NCBI GenBank assembly: GCA_046563655.1
Contig: CM102285.1
Span: forward strand, 2,232,001 to 2,296,000
Source of the DNA: Yuukianura sp. NJ FZ-2021
Taxonomy: Eukaryota
DNA length: 64,000 nucleotides
Reading direction: 5' to 3'
In this document: positions 51,841 through 62,572 of the stretch, one piece after another
How the letters are laid out: each line of letters starts with the position of its first letter
Position numbering within the stretch: position 1 is the first letter of the stretch
Notes under the pieces: generated by a model
Databases searched by the model: none
What the model was told of the DNA's origin: nothing
The model's input: the letters and a program-made list of their open reading frames with translations, nothing else
Program-made: the position numbers and the translations under genes

Positions 51841-53224
51841 TTAGAACATAACTAGCAGGTCAATAACGTTTTTTAGCACGATTTCTCCGTAGAGTGTGAG
51901 GAGGTAGGCTTTTGAGTCCAAGACAAACAAGCGCCCAACTCTAATGTTAATAAGTTGCCTTGAACGCCAAAATTTACGGTGATACTTCCTGTTGCGCAGG
52001 TTGTGAATTCCGGCCAATCTACAGTTTATGGAATTCTGGTGGCAAAGTGCTGCTAGATTCACAGCCTCCGTCAGAATAAAAACTATAACGGTAGTCGACA
52101 AGATAACCATTTGAAGCATGACAATGTACTTTCCTTTGAACAATTTGAGTAAACTATATATAAATAAAATTAAAATGATTTCGCAGTAGCATATCGCATA
52201 TGAAACCACATTCGCAAAGACACAGTTTATATGCTTGTTGATAACTTGAAGGTATATGTAGGTTTGTGCCCGCTTCTTCGGCGTGTCATCATTCATTCGT
52301 TCCCTTCAATAAAAAACACAAATTTTCATATCAAAATGCCCACAAGTTTGATTTTTTGAAGCATATTTGATGAACCAGGGTAGTCTACCTAACCTACATA
52401 TATTACCGCCAGCCTTATTGTTTTGAAATTATTTTCACCGCACTTACGTTAAATGTTGAAGCCACAGTCGCGTTGTGTTTGTGTACATTAAAGCGCTATG
52501 GGTAAACACAAATAATGCGAAGACGGCATTTATAATCGCCCATGCAAAAAGTATTTGTGTTATTATTATTGTACCGCCAACTATTAACCAGTTGTCCACA
52601 GCAAAGCAGCGCCAAAAAACTCCTCTATACACAATGTGTGCTGCCCGGCTTATATTTGTATCGGAAAATAAAATAAATGACACCATTGCTGGTGCAATAA
52701 AAATGCGTGTGTATGAAAATGCCGCATCCGTAACTCTTAGTGCTGGTTCATATCCGTCTTTTTCTTTTGAAATCACCGGTAATCCATGGCTTGTATCTGA
52801 AAAAGTGGAAAAAGTATTAATTGATATTGACTCTGTCAAAGTTCACAAAATTGATAACGTAAATGAAATTACGGAGTTGATTGTTGAATTTGAAGAAAGT
52901 TGAGACGACGCTGTAAATTTTATCTTCAAATACAAAGTACCATAACTGCATTCCAGTGAAAAACGAGGTAAGTAAGATAATACCAGAAAAGAAAATGAAC
53001 TCTCTGTAGTTATTTCGAATCAGAAACGCCATAGCAAAGTCTAGGACAATACCAATGAAATTTAAGACAATACAAATAGCTGTAACTAGTCTGGCCGAGT
53101 AATAGTTGCGTTTCTGTGAAACGATTTCACCATTATCAACAATTAGTTGAAACGTGCACAACCTCCAACGGGAACCATCGTTGAACACTTTCAATAAGTA
53201 CTTCCAAGAAATTTCAGACAACAT
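51841..53224 (-). CDS. Divergent multi-TM chemoreceptor-like protein (GR/OR superfamily-like), 3 exons, ~337 aa
   Basis: Exons 53224-52873, 52796-52448, 52153-51841 join in frame. Multiple TM segments and C-terminus INIRVGRLFVL...IVLKNVIDLLVMF. The family assignment is inferred. Confidence 0.65.
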
Positions 53225-53698
53225 ATTGTAAAAGGAATGTCTGACAAAGTTGGTAACGCGAACGTAGGTAATTTAATGCTGCCTTATCTTCACAGAAATG
53301 GCAAAAAAGCAGGGAGTCACCTAAAGTAACCTGATTAGTAGTTCTTGTTACTAATTGTTTTTTATAACCAGCTAAACTCACAACTTTGGCCTGTACGTTG
53401 TGTCTCCATTCGAGGGTTTTGTAAAATTCCTTAAATAAAACAGAGTATGTCCACGTGCTGGAATTCGCTTCTAGTGAATTTCGTTATTCTTAAGTACTGG
53501 TATATTAATAAAATGGGTGTAAGACGGAGTGTATAAAAGTAGCGAACGATAGCCCTGCATAAAGCCCATAGCTGCATAGCCCTGCCCCGTACATAAAACA
53601 CACCAGGGTGAATAATAAAGCGCTCTATTTATGAACGGTAAAAAAAAAGGTTGGGTTTTGGGTTGTGAGCCGCCACTTAGGGTTAAACAACATACACA

Positions 53699-54017
53699 GG
53701 TTCTATGCCATTTCAACGAATTAATTACCACGAAGTGAGAATTACCCCGAATGAACTTCACCGAAACCAATTTCAACGGAAGTTGAATTACAACGAACTT
53801 AAACAATAGAACCTAATGACGTAATCACGAGTGCGTGCTTCACCAAACCTTTCGCCGCGCCTTAGTCGCAGTAAACCATGCTAAGTTAGCCGCAATTCAT
53901 GGGCTTTCGTAGTGATTCAGTTTTCGTGGTATTCAACTTTCGTTGAAATTGGTTTCGGGGGAATTCATTAGGGGTAACTCACTTCGTGGTAATTTATTCG
54001 ATGAAATGGCGTGCTCC
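53699..54017. mobile_element. Long-TIR MITE (Mutator-like)
   Basis: ~90-bp imperfect inverted arms gccatttcaacgaattaattaccacgaagtgag... / ...ctcacttcgtggtaatttattcgatgaaatggc. No TSD is evident. Confidence 0.7.
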
Positions 54018-55205
54018 CTTACCGCCAAAGGTTGGATAAATAGAAAGATAAATAGACGGACAGACAGAAGGTCGTAATATACATTCCCTCGAATTGAAGA
54101 AGGGTTTGTAAGAAAGTGCTAAATATATTCCTCTTAAATTAGTAACTTTGTTGCGAAATCGACTTCTATAGATACTGGTTGCCATTTCAAAGCTCCAGAT
54201 GCGACATACATAACGCTTGGCTGCATGGCTATGTTTATTTGAAAAGTATTTAATTATTACAAAAGTTTTACCAGGTCGATTTTAGGCTTAGAAGAAAAAA
54301 ACAAAAAATGTTGAAAATTGAATGCTAACAGCCTATTTTCTAGCCTATGAGACGCTGTCGCGTGTAAGACGCACCCCTAAATTCTTCAAAATACCCGGGT
54401 AGAGCGAAAATGTAAAGTTTATAGTTTCTTTACTTTTTGCCCGGCTAACTAAATAGGTAGTGGAGTTAATTTCTACATATTTAACGCTTAAGTTTTTCGC
54501 AATGAATGTGAAAGTAAAACCCAAAGCCATTCAAAAATCAGACACAGCAGAATATGTACTAATTGGAATCCCGTGGGGTATGGAAAATCAAATCTCGTAC
54601 CTCCAACTTACTGCTACAATATCAATGTCTTAGGTTCAAACTTACGTTATGTCCATACAAATGTCAAACTCAGCATTGATAATTTTCTGATCGAAAGCAA
54701 AGCGAAGGGATTCGTCCAAATTGACTTGATATATCGCTGCAAAGAAGTTTCTTAGTACAATTCCCTCAAAACAGATTTTCAATGTGGACGAAATTTTGTG
54801 TCAATTTGAATTGTTAAGACCCCCAACCATAACAAAAGTGGCGGATTTGATTAACTACAATTAGCTTAAAACCATTTCAATTAGAGTTTAGCGCGTTTGC
54901 CGACCATCGTCAGTTTTTAGCGAAAAATTTGTTTTTCCTTCCAAATTTCTCCGAATTGTCAGTAGTAAGGATAGTGCAGCATTTGTAAATCCCGCCCTAT
55001 GTAAACAGACTTGAGCACTTGTCAACACCTTTTCTTAAGAAACCACTTGCCAACACCTTTACCTAAGAACACCAGACCACTTGTCAATACTTTCTCTCAG
55101 GCCACTTCTCAACAGTTTAATCAACTGTCATTAGAGAAGTTCTATATTAGAATATAAATGAGATCTACAAATGAGGAATGCTTTCATTTCTACTCCACCC
55201 ACAGA

Positions 55206-56657
55206 ATGGATAACTTTTACGTTCACCTGCAAAGCGATTCATCCCAAGGATTTTATCCTTCAAACACTATTTCTAATTTCCGTAATCATCTCAGTCGACC
55301 AATCACATTAGACGACAATGCATACGAAGTAGCACTAGCAGAGTGTAGCTACACCTTCAAAAACCCTACAATAGGCACAAACCAACATGTACTTAGTATT
55401 AGATCAATCCACGGAATCGAAAACCCAGATCCAGAAAATGGTGAAAAAATTTATACCAATTTACCGAACCACGGAATTGATAGTTCTGGAGTTCTCTATG
55501 TTGACAAAGAAAAAAAGTTAATTTCGTCTATTCTGTGGGACTTTTGTGCTTTACATGGATGCGACCTCCAGTATGGTACAACACTTTTCAATCAAGAAAA
55601 TAAAGACTTTGGGAAGCTAAATATGATTGTTAGTGTAACACAAACAAAGCTGGCTGCGAGACAAAAAATCACAAATATTCATGATTTGTGCAAAGAACTT
55701 ACCAGTTTACTTAAACCATTTGCGATAACAGTGCAGACAGATGAAGTTCAGTTTAATAAAAATATTCTCACAGTTAGAATAATATATGAAAAACCACACA
55801 CCCAAGAAACAATAGTGTTTGCAAGCAAAATATATGAAATTTTAGGTCTACATGGAAGTGGAATTAGTCACAAAGATAAAAAAATTGTTAATCTTATGCA
55901 TACAATTGATATGCCAATTAATATCGAACAATATGACCAAATGCTTTCTGTTAATGTGATTGATCATGCACTCAGATTATATCATCTAGAACCATTGAAA
56001 CATTTAAAATCAGATAACAAATTTAAAATGTCAAATAAAATGTTTTGGAAAAGTGTTGCTAAATCTTCCCCTGTCCCACTAAACATAAGTGATTATGAAT
56101 CAGACAAAATGGTAACATACTCTATGAAAGCGGAGCACGTCTACCTAGCAGCTAAATGCAGCTCAATTGAAGACATGATAGCTGCAATAAATAGTACAGC
56201 AGTTGGATATAAATTTCAACTCAATGAAAATAATGTAACATACACCATTGACAATGCCAAATTCAAGGGTGAAGACATTCAGATCAACAGCTACTGTGCA
56301 GCTGTTTTGGGTTTAACCCACACTAAAGTAAAAACTGATGATGAAGGAAATAAAGTTTTCGTTGGAGAATACGTTCCAGCTTTCAACTATGGTAAAACAC
56401 GAATGTTTATCTACACTGATATCGTTGAAAATCAGTTTGTAGGTCACCAGATGGCTCCATTACTAAGAATCGCCAACTATGAAGGAGAAAATAACAAAGT
56501 TGCCACAATTGATTTTGCACACTTGCAATACATTCCTGTTAGAAAAACATACATTGAATCCATCCATGCATTTATAAGAAGTGAATCTGGAGATACTTTG
56601 CCATTTGATACTGGTACCTTCTCAGCTACACTTCACTTTCGTCAGAGAAGATTCTAG
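55206..56657 (+). CDS. Polinton minor capsid protein (penton, PX) with a large central insertion
   Basis: N-terminal FYVHLQSDSS..YPSN..SNF..L...YEVALAE and C-terminal FIYTDIV...VG...PLLR...YIPV...I...G..LPF..G....LHFR. An upstream ATG at 55158 is possible. Confidence 0.85.
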   Translation: MDNFYVHLQSDSSQGFYPSNTISNFRNHLSRPITLDDNAYEVALAECSYTFKNPTIGTNQHVLSIRSIHGIENPDPENGEKIYTNLPNHGIDSSGVLYVDKEKKLISSILWDFCALHGCDLQYGTTLFNQENKDFGKLNMIVSVTQTKLAARQKITNIHDLCKELTSLLKPFAITVQTDEVQFNKNILTVRIIYEKPHTQETIVFASKIYEILGLHGSGISHKDKKIVNLMHTIDMPINIEQYDQMLSVNVIDHALRLYHLEPLKHLKSDNKFKMSNKMFWKSVAKSSPVPLNISDYESDKMVTYSMKAEHVYLAAKCSSIEDMIAAINSTAVGYKFQLNENNVTYTIDNAKFKGEDIQINSYCAAVLGLTHTKVKTDDEGNKVFVGEYVPAFNYGKTRMFIYTDIVENQFVGHQMAPLLRIANYEGENNKVATIDFAHLQYIPVRKTYIESIHAFIRSESGDTLPFDTGTFSATLHFRQRRF

Positions 56658-56658
56658 T

Positions 56659-57090
56659 ATGGAGCGTCATACTGTTGATGACTTTTACCAAGTATTTCAA
56701 CCACAAACTGGAGGTAGTGATATTTCTGGAAGACTACTTTTCTACAATCCAAACTTTGTGCGCCAGAAAGGTGCTGGCTTTGGATCATTCTTGTTGAATA
56801 TTGGAAGAAAGTTGATCCCGATAGCTAAGAAGTATATTTTACCACACGCTACAACTGCACTGAAAAATGTTGCTAATGACGTTTTAAACAATAATAGTAA
56901 TTTAGTTGATAGCCTAAAATCCAATGTCAAACAAGCCATAAAAGGAGTTGGAAACGATATTTTGAACCAGTCTGGAAGTGGCAGTGGAAGTGTAATAAAG
57001 TCAAGAAAACGAAAAATACATAAAAATTCTTTTAAGTGTTTTCAGAGAAAAAAAGCTAAAAAGTCAAAAGTTCATAACATTTTCAAATAA
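56659..57090 (+). CDS. Polinton basic virion core-like protein with QxGxG motifs
   Basis: QTGG, QKGAG and QSGSG motifs (putative protease sites), an amphipathic helix and a K/R-rich tail. Lies between penton and MCP. Confidence 0.75.
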   Translation: MERHTVDDFYQVFQPQTGGSDISGRLLFYNPNFVRQKGAGFGSFLLNIGRKLIPIAKKYILPHATTALKNVANDVLNNNSNLVDSLKSNVKQAIKGVGNDILNQSGSGSGSVIKSRKRKIHKNSFKCFQRKKAKKSKVHNIFK

Positions 57091-58418
57091 TGTCTAAACG
57101 ATATCGAGAAAACCCTAGAGTTGACTTTTTACGCAGTGAAACTGATTTATTCACAGAACCAGGATACGATATCTCAATACAACATTCAACAAGTGTTGAA
57201 TACTTTCCATTAAATAATATAAGTGATAAAACGGCGCCGCTCACATTTTTTATTCAAGGAAATGATTTACAATACCTCGACTTTGCAGAATCCAAACTTT
57301 ACATCCGCTGTAAACTTACGAAAGAAAACGGAACAGATTTGGAAAAAGTAACAGACGCTGCTGTGCTTACATACGCACCAATTAACAACTTTTTACATTC
57401 AATGTTTGACAAGGTTACGATACACTTGAATGAAATGGAAATAACAAGTAAATGTAGCTACTATCCTCAGAGAGCCTACATTGAAAGCTTCTTGGGATAT
57501 AGCAAAAATTATAAAAAATCGATAGGAGAAGCTGCAATGCTAACAAAGACGGAATCGGAACTGAACACAACTGACAAAGGATTTTTGAAACGGAAGGACT
57601 TGGTTGATGGTAGTAAAGTTTTTGAAGTTGCAGGAAAATTACACACAGAACTTTTTAGCCAACCACGATTTCTGATTCCTGGAATTGACGTGAGAATTCA
57701 ACTACATAAATCAAGCGATGCATTTTGTTTACAATGCGTAGGCTCAGCCAAGCAAAACATAAAGTTTGCAATGTTGGAGGCCAAAATGATTGTCCGAAAA
57801 CATCAATTATTACCATCCATTCAGCTTGCACATTTAAAACATATGGAAAACGGCCATCCGGTAGTATATCCAAATCGATTTGTGGATATGAAGTCGTATA
57901 CTCTCCCGAGTGGAACTTTGTTTAATACAAATGAAAACATTCTGACTGGTCAAATCCCAAATCGTCTTATTTTGGGGTTAGTATCAAGCACTTCATTACA
58001 TGGAACTTACGAAACAAATCCTCTGGCATTTAGTCATTTTGACGTTAGTCAAATTAATGTAAAAGTCAACGGAGAGAATATTGCGGAACATGTTGTTGAG
58101 ATGGATTCAGCAGAAAACAGGAATGTGTTAGCCTACTTGTCACTATTTGAAAATTTAGGCCTAGCCAATTGTGATGCTGGAGTTGACATAAAGTTAGACG
58201 AGTACAAAAACGGCAAAGTTTTACATGTTTTTAATTTAAGAAATATAAAAGATACGTTTTGCCTTCCAAAATTTGGAAACGTAGCAATAACGATAAGATT
58301 TAAGGCCGCTACAACTGAATCAATCACCGCAATTGTTTATGCAGAGTACGAGTCAACACTATACATTAATCGAGAAAAACAAATTTATCTTAAAGATTAT
58401 ACAAAGGAATCAATATGA
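57090..58418 (+). CDS. Polinton major capsid protein (double jelly-roll, PY/hexon-like)
   Basis: SETDLF, YLDFAESKLY, APINNFLHSMF, YPQRAYIE, LHTELFSQPRFLIPGID, PNRLILGLV and NPLAF motifs. Confidence 0.92.
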   Translation: MSKRYRENPRVDFLRSETDLFTEPGYDISIQHSTSVEYFPLNNISDKTAPLTFFIQGNDLQYLDFAESKLYIRCKLTKENGTDLEKVTDAAVLTYAPINNFLHSMFDKVTIHLNEMEITSKCSYYPQRAYIESFLGYSKNYKKSIGEAAMLTKTESELNTTDKGFLKRKDLVDGSKVFEVAGKLHTELFSQPRFLIPGIDVRIQLHKSSDAFCLQCVGSAKQNIKFAMLEAKMIVRKHQLLPSIQLAHLKHMENGHPVVYPNRFVDMKSYTLPSGTLFNTNENILTGQIPNRLILGLVSSTSLHGTYETNPLAFSHFDVSQINVKVNGENIAEHVVEMDSAENRNVLAYLSLFENLGLANCDAGVDIKLDEYKNGKVLHVFNLRNIKDTFCLPKFGNVAITIRFKAATTESITAIVYAEYESTLYINREKQIYLKDYTKESI

Positions 58419-58939
58419 TGAATACGGTAGAGTTGATGTATTGTTTAACAAGAATCATGAAACGGCAAAAAGGACAATACGATGTGTTACCATGTGACAA
58501 ACTAAAACATTACAAAATTCAGAGTTATCCGTTGTTATTAATTATCAATAGTGATGAGAGTCACCTGGAAGGAAAACACTGGGTAGGGATCTATGTCAAA
58601 CGTTATGGATCCGAAGTCGAATTCTTTTGCAGTTATGGAAGAAGCATATATCAATATTCACACTATTTTATCGAATTTGCTATTCGTTTAAAATCAAACA
58701 TTCTGGAAAGCCAGCAGCGAGTACAAAGTGCATACACAACCACTTGCGGAAACCATGTGCTATTTTTCTTGCACAAAAGACTAGTGGGATGTCCACGGAG
58801 TACATTTTATCGTGTATTTAATAATGATTATGTTAAAAATGATAAAATAGTATTGAAGTTTGTAAACAAGATATTTAGAAAAAAATTTATTCCATCTCAT
58901 AAAAACAATCAATGTTGTCAATGTGAAAATAGCAAATAA
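58415..58939 (+). CDS. Polinton adenain-like cysteine protease
   Basis: IINSD...GKHWV, EFFCSYG and Q.....TCGNH motifs. Confidence 0.9.
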   Translation: MMNTVELMYCLTRIMKRQKGQYDVLPCDKLKHYKIQSYPLLLIINSDESHLEGKHWVGIYVKRYGSEVEFFCSYGRSIYQYSHYFIEFAIRLKSNILESQQRVQSAYTTTCGNHVLFFLHKRLVGCPRSTFYRVFNNDYVKNDKIVLKFVNKIFRKKFIPSHKNNQCCQCENSK

Positions 58940-58942
58940 AAA

Positions 58943-59512
58943 TTAAACTCGTAACCATTTAATTTTTTGTGATCTTGTTTTCATTTTGGATTTTGTTGGA
59001 GATGACTCTTCTCTTTTTCTCTTGGCGCTACTAACTACTCGATGTGTAGCTTCATCCTGATTTGGTGGTGAAGAAACACGTGATGAATCCAATTCAGAAC
59101 CAAGGTCGTCTGGTCTAGGTTCAAGTGCTAATTGTTCGTCTCCAGATTGTTGGTTTTCCATTTGAAAAAGGTTTGACTTTGGAGAACGTTGTACATCTTT
59201 TGTAGCGTCATCTTTTTTAACAATCAACGTCTTCAAATAATTGATAATTGTCATCAAGTTTGGATCGTCTGATACTTTTCTATCATCCACGTTTTTTACA
59301 AGAATAGGCGTCTTTTTGGTTAGATTATGTATATTTTGAAGTTCACGATTGGCTTGTTGGAATAATAAAACTTTGACGTCATCACTCAAATTTGAATTTA
59401 GGGCAGTTTTCTTATCGACTTCAACCTTTTCGTCCGTGGTTTGATTATATTTTGCGAGTTGTACTAATCTATTAAAAAAGCTCTCAGGAACTAATTTCAT
59501 TTTTCTATCCAT
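58943..59512 (-). CDS. Polinton protein of unknown function
   Basis: KMKLVP...LSDDVKVLLFQQ N-terminus, low-complexity basic C-terminus ending KWLRV, tightly packed with its neighbours. Confidence 0.7.
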   Translation of the reverse strand: MDRKMKLVPESFFNRLVQLAKYNQTTDEKVEVDKKTALNSNLSDDVKVLLFQQANRELQNIHNLTKKTPILVKNVDDRKVSDDPNLMTIINYLKTLIVKKDDATKDVQRSPKSNLFQMENQQSGDEQLALEPRPDDLGSELDSSRVSSPPNQDEATHRVVSSAKRKREESSPTKSKMKTRSQKIKWLRV

Positions 59513-59514
59513 GT

Positions 59515-59841
59515 CTATTTTATTAGTTGTGACGCTATAAATGTGAGTACTGGAGGAATTAGAGCACCCAAGAATCCTCCCTTTTGAATAATCAATTTTT
59601 TGCTTAGCTTGTCAGAAGGATTTGAAAAGGCTAGACGAGTTAGTACGGATTTGTAACGTTTCAATTTGCCAAATACTTTTTTACGAATTGGAATATTTTT
59701 TCTTGCCACATTTAGAATTGACTCTCTAATAGACTTAATCTGCTCGGAATTGGCTTTACGAATGAGTGCTTTTCGCTTTTGCACTCCAGCTTTAAGAAGT
59801 TTTTTTAAAAAAGATTTTTGGCGAACAACTCGGTTGACCAT
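59515..59841 (-). CDS. Polinton small basic protein with QKGGFL motif (putative core or membrane-active protein)
   Basis: K/R-rich with E..LN...NIP and QKGGFLGALIPPVL. ATG 59841 is preferred. Confidence 0.8.
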   Translation of the reverse strand: MVNRVVRQKSFLKKLLKAGVQKRKALIRKANSEQIKSIRESILNVARKNIPIRKKVFGKLKRYKSVLTRLAFSNPSDKLSKKLIIQKGGFLGALIPPVLTFIASQLIK

Positions 59842-59931
59842 TCTGATGAAGGTGCAAAAGCAAAATGCAAAGAATACACAATGTATTAAACATAAATACA
59901 TTTGTTGGTAATACGTTAGTAGGTATTTGGT

Positions 59932-60849
59932 ATGGAGCAGGAAATATTGAATTCCTATACTGATACAAAAAATGTTGGCTCATTTACTGGTGCTGATAAT
60001 TTTTACAAAACAAATAAATTTGCTGGAAAAAAAAAGATTGCAAACATACTGCTAGGAGCGAAAGGCTATAGGCTCCACCATCCTGCAAAAAAATTTGTGC
60101 GTAGAATTGTTTATTGTCCAGCATTGTACGACCAAGTAGGAGTAGATTTAATTGATATACAAAAATACAAAAAGTCAAACTATGGAAAACGTTACATTTT
60201 AGTGGTGGTAGACTGCTTTAGTAAAATGGCATTTATGGAAGCATTAAAAGATAAAAAATGTGAAACAGTACGTTTGGCAATGGAAAACATACTTGATCGT
60301 AACAAAATAAAATTTTCATACTGTCAAAGTGATGGTGGAAGTGAATTTGTAGGAAAAGTTATGAAAAAATGGTACCTAGATAATAATATTACACATTTTG
60401 TAACTTCCAGTCCTATTAAAGTTAGCTATGTTGAGCGATTCATTCGTACCATATTTTCTCAAATATCACGCTATATGACGCAGAATAACACAAAACGTTT
60501 TGTACACAAACTAAGAGATTTTGAGCATTCATACCAAAATTCTTATCATCGTTCCATTGGTACAACACCGGCTTCAGTGACCAAAAATAATGAGTGTGAA
60601 ATTTGGGAAAAATTGTATGGAAAAGTACGGAAAATAAAAAAATCAAAGATCTTCAAAGTAGGAAACAAAGTAAATATTAAAATTACGAAAAAAAAATTTA
60701 GCAAAGGTTATTCTCCAAACTTTGAAGACAAGGTGTATAACATAACCAGAGTCATACAAACAAATCCTGTGACGTATGAGGTTTCAGATGAAAAGAATAG
60801 TATATTAAGTAGAAAATTTTATCAACAAGAGTTAGTTTTAATTGGATAA
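59932..60849 (+). CDS. Polinton retroviral-like DDE integrase
   Basis: VDLID, VVDCFSK, SDGGSEF, VERFIRT, YHRSIG, FKVGNKV, FSKGY and FYQQEL. The DDE triad is intact. Confidence 0.95.
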   Translation: MEQEILNSYTDTKNVGSFTGADNFYKTNKFAGKKKIANILLGAKGYRLHHPAKKFVRRIVYCPALYDQVGVDLIDIQKYKKSNYGKRYILVVVDCFSKMAFMEALKDKKCETVRLAMENILDRNKIKFSYCQSDGGSEFVGKVMKKWYLDNNITHFVTSSPIKVSYVERFIRTIFSQISRYMTQNNTKRFVHKLRDFEHSYQNSYHRSIGTTPASVTKNNECEIWEKLYGKVRKIKKSKIFKVGNKVNIKITKKKFSKGYSPNFEDKVYNITRVIQTNPVTYEVSDEKNSILSRKFYQQELVLIG

Positions 60850-61097
60850 CACTGGTAATGTGTGCTTTGAAAGACTGGTTCATGTCACTATTTTCCTGTA
60901 GAAATTCGATAAAATGTAATCAAATACAAATCTCTTGCACGGATGAGTCAATTAAGATAAACATTGGATCCAAGAACATTGTTTTGGAAAAGCAGCAATT
61001 AATCCAATGTATTGAACAACTTCAGAAGCTAGTATAAAAACTCGAATTGTGCAAGATTTTCATTTGTATTCACTTTCTAGCCGAGTAAACATCTACA

Positions 61098-61376
61098 ATG
61101 GTGAAAATCAGGAGCGACAACTTGAATCCTCTATTTATTTATTTGAAGAATCAATTTGGAACCTTAACTGTAAATTTGAAGAGAAAGCACTACTTGTTAA
61201 AAATTTATCCAAACGAATTTGAAGGAACAATCAAAACATTAATTCATTATCACATTGCTACTGGAGGTTCATCTGAATTCTTTGACGATTTGGATCAAAT
61301 AATATCAAAAGCAAAGGAGAAACATGAGGAATTTGAATCTCGCCGAATTTGGAATGAAGATTGTGATATTAAATAA
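61098..61376 (+). CDS. Polinton small unknown protein (possible distant member of the YLNF family)
   Basis: 92-aa ORF with a TATAAAA box at ~61034 and AATAAA at ~61382. Confidence 0.6.
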   Translation: MVKIRSDNLNPLFIYLKNQFGTLTVNLKRKHYLLKIYPNEFEGTIKTLIHYHIATGGSSEFFDDLDQIISKAKEKHEEFESRRIWNEDCDIK

Positions 61377-61427
61377 TTCAAAATAAAAACTGACTCAATA
61401 AAAATCAACAATTTTATTTACATTTTC

Positions 61428-61838
61428 TTAAACATTTAGTTTACAATTTGGTTGACACTTTTCAAACTTTTCTGTTAGACGTCCATGCACGACAAGTCTT
61501 TTCAAATAGTAGACAACTTCATCCAAATCCTCCACTGAAAGTCCAGCATCTTTCCATTGTGTAGCAATTTGCTTAATCAAAGTTTTCCCATTGTCCTTCA
61601 CGTTAAAGTTGAGATAGGAGCTTTCTCCATTGGAAGTTTCACAAACCAAATGAGCAATCAGAGTAGAATTAATTGACGATTTTGTAAAACCAATCTTGAG
61701 ACGCTTTCGTAACGTTTCATCAGAAAAATCCAAAGTCTTTCCATCTCTAATTTCTTGGATTTGTAGTGGTAAAAGTTCAGTCAATAAAGGCTGAACAATA
61801 TTGAACAAATTCTTAATATGTATGTTTGACTCCATCAT
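61428..61838 (-). CDS. Polinton unknown protein, YLNF-domain paralog
   Basis: Clear paralog of 61930-62301, with its own TATA box at ~61875-61882. Confidence 0.75.
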   Translation of the reverse strand: MMESNIHIKNLFNIVQPLLTELLPLQIQEIRDGKTLDFSDETLRKRLKIGFTKSSINSTLIAHLVCETSNGESSYLNFNVKDNGKTLIKQIATQWKDAGLSVEDLDEVVYYLKRLVVHGRLTEKFEKCQPNCKLNV

Positions 61839-61929
61839 AAAAGTAAATGAAAAAGAATCAACTTGCTACTCGTCTTTTATACCTTCAACTAATCATCAAT
61901 GACAAATTTATTCAATGTTTGAAATAAAT

Positions 61930-62301
61930 TTAATTCTTTGCAAGCCTACCATGGTAAGCAAGCGACTTGATGTAAGTAGCCACGTTGTCCATATCATCTG
62001 GTGAGAAGCCCGCAAAAATCCATTGAGCAGCAATTTCTTTAATCAGTGCCTTGCCCTCCAATCCAACATTAAAATTCAAATAGTATTCTTGTACTCCTTT
62101 ACTTGACTCCTTTGGTTTCCTGTTCAAGTGAGCCATCAGCGGCGAGCTTGAAGTAGACTTTGAAAACGAAATCTTCAATCGATGAGTTGAATCTGTTTTC
62201 AAAATGTTGACATCAGGGTCACCAGTCACCACTTCTCCATAAGATGCAGTTGGTTGTTCCCCCTCAGCAGTTGGTGTCTCAGGAATAGTTGAAGAATCCA
62301 T
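61930..62301 (-). CDS. Polinton unknown protein, YLNF-domain paralog
   Basis: LKISFSKS...LMAHL...YLNFNV...GKALIKEIAAQW..AG, with a TATA box at ~62351-62358. Confidence 0.75.
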   Translation of the reverse strand: MDSSTIPETPTAEGEQPTASYGEVVTGDPDVNILKTDSTHRLKISFSKSTSSSPLMAHLNRKPKESSKGVQEYYLNFNVGLEGKALIKEIAAQWIFAGFSPDDMDNVATYIKSLAYHGRLAKN

Positions 62302-62572
62302 TTTTTTTGTTTTCGAAAAGATGTGATAAAGTTGTCATTTTTTGTTCCACTTTATATACCAAAAATTACATGACTTGGAAACATTAACAAGAGTTGTTAA
62401 TTTGTTCGTAATTACTCTAATTAAGAGTATCAATGTTATTAGTTAAATGGAAACTAATTACCCTCATTAACCTTGACACTTTTTTCAAACTCAGAAACAT
62501 CATTTTTGAAAACCAAATATAAACCTTTCAAAATTGAAATTGGTTATAACATTTTTTTCCAAAAGTTGAGCA

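Noticed and set aside
52797-52872. Apparent frameshift between ORFs 52817-53224 and 52444-52839
   Set aside because: Resolved by a 76-nt GT-AG intron with a good pyrimidine tract.
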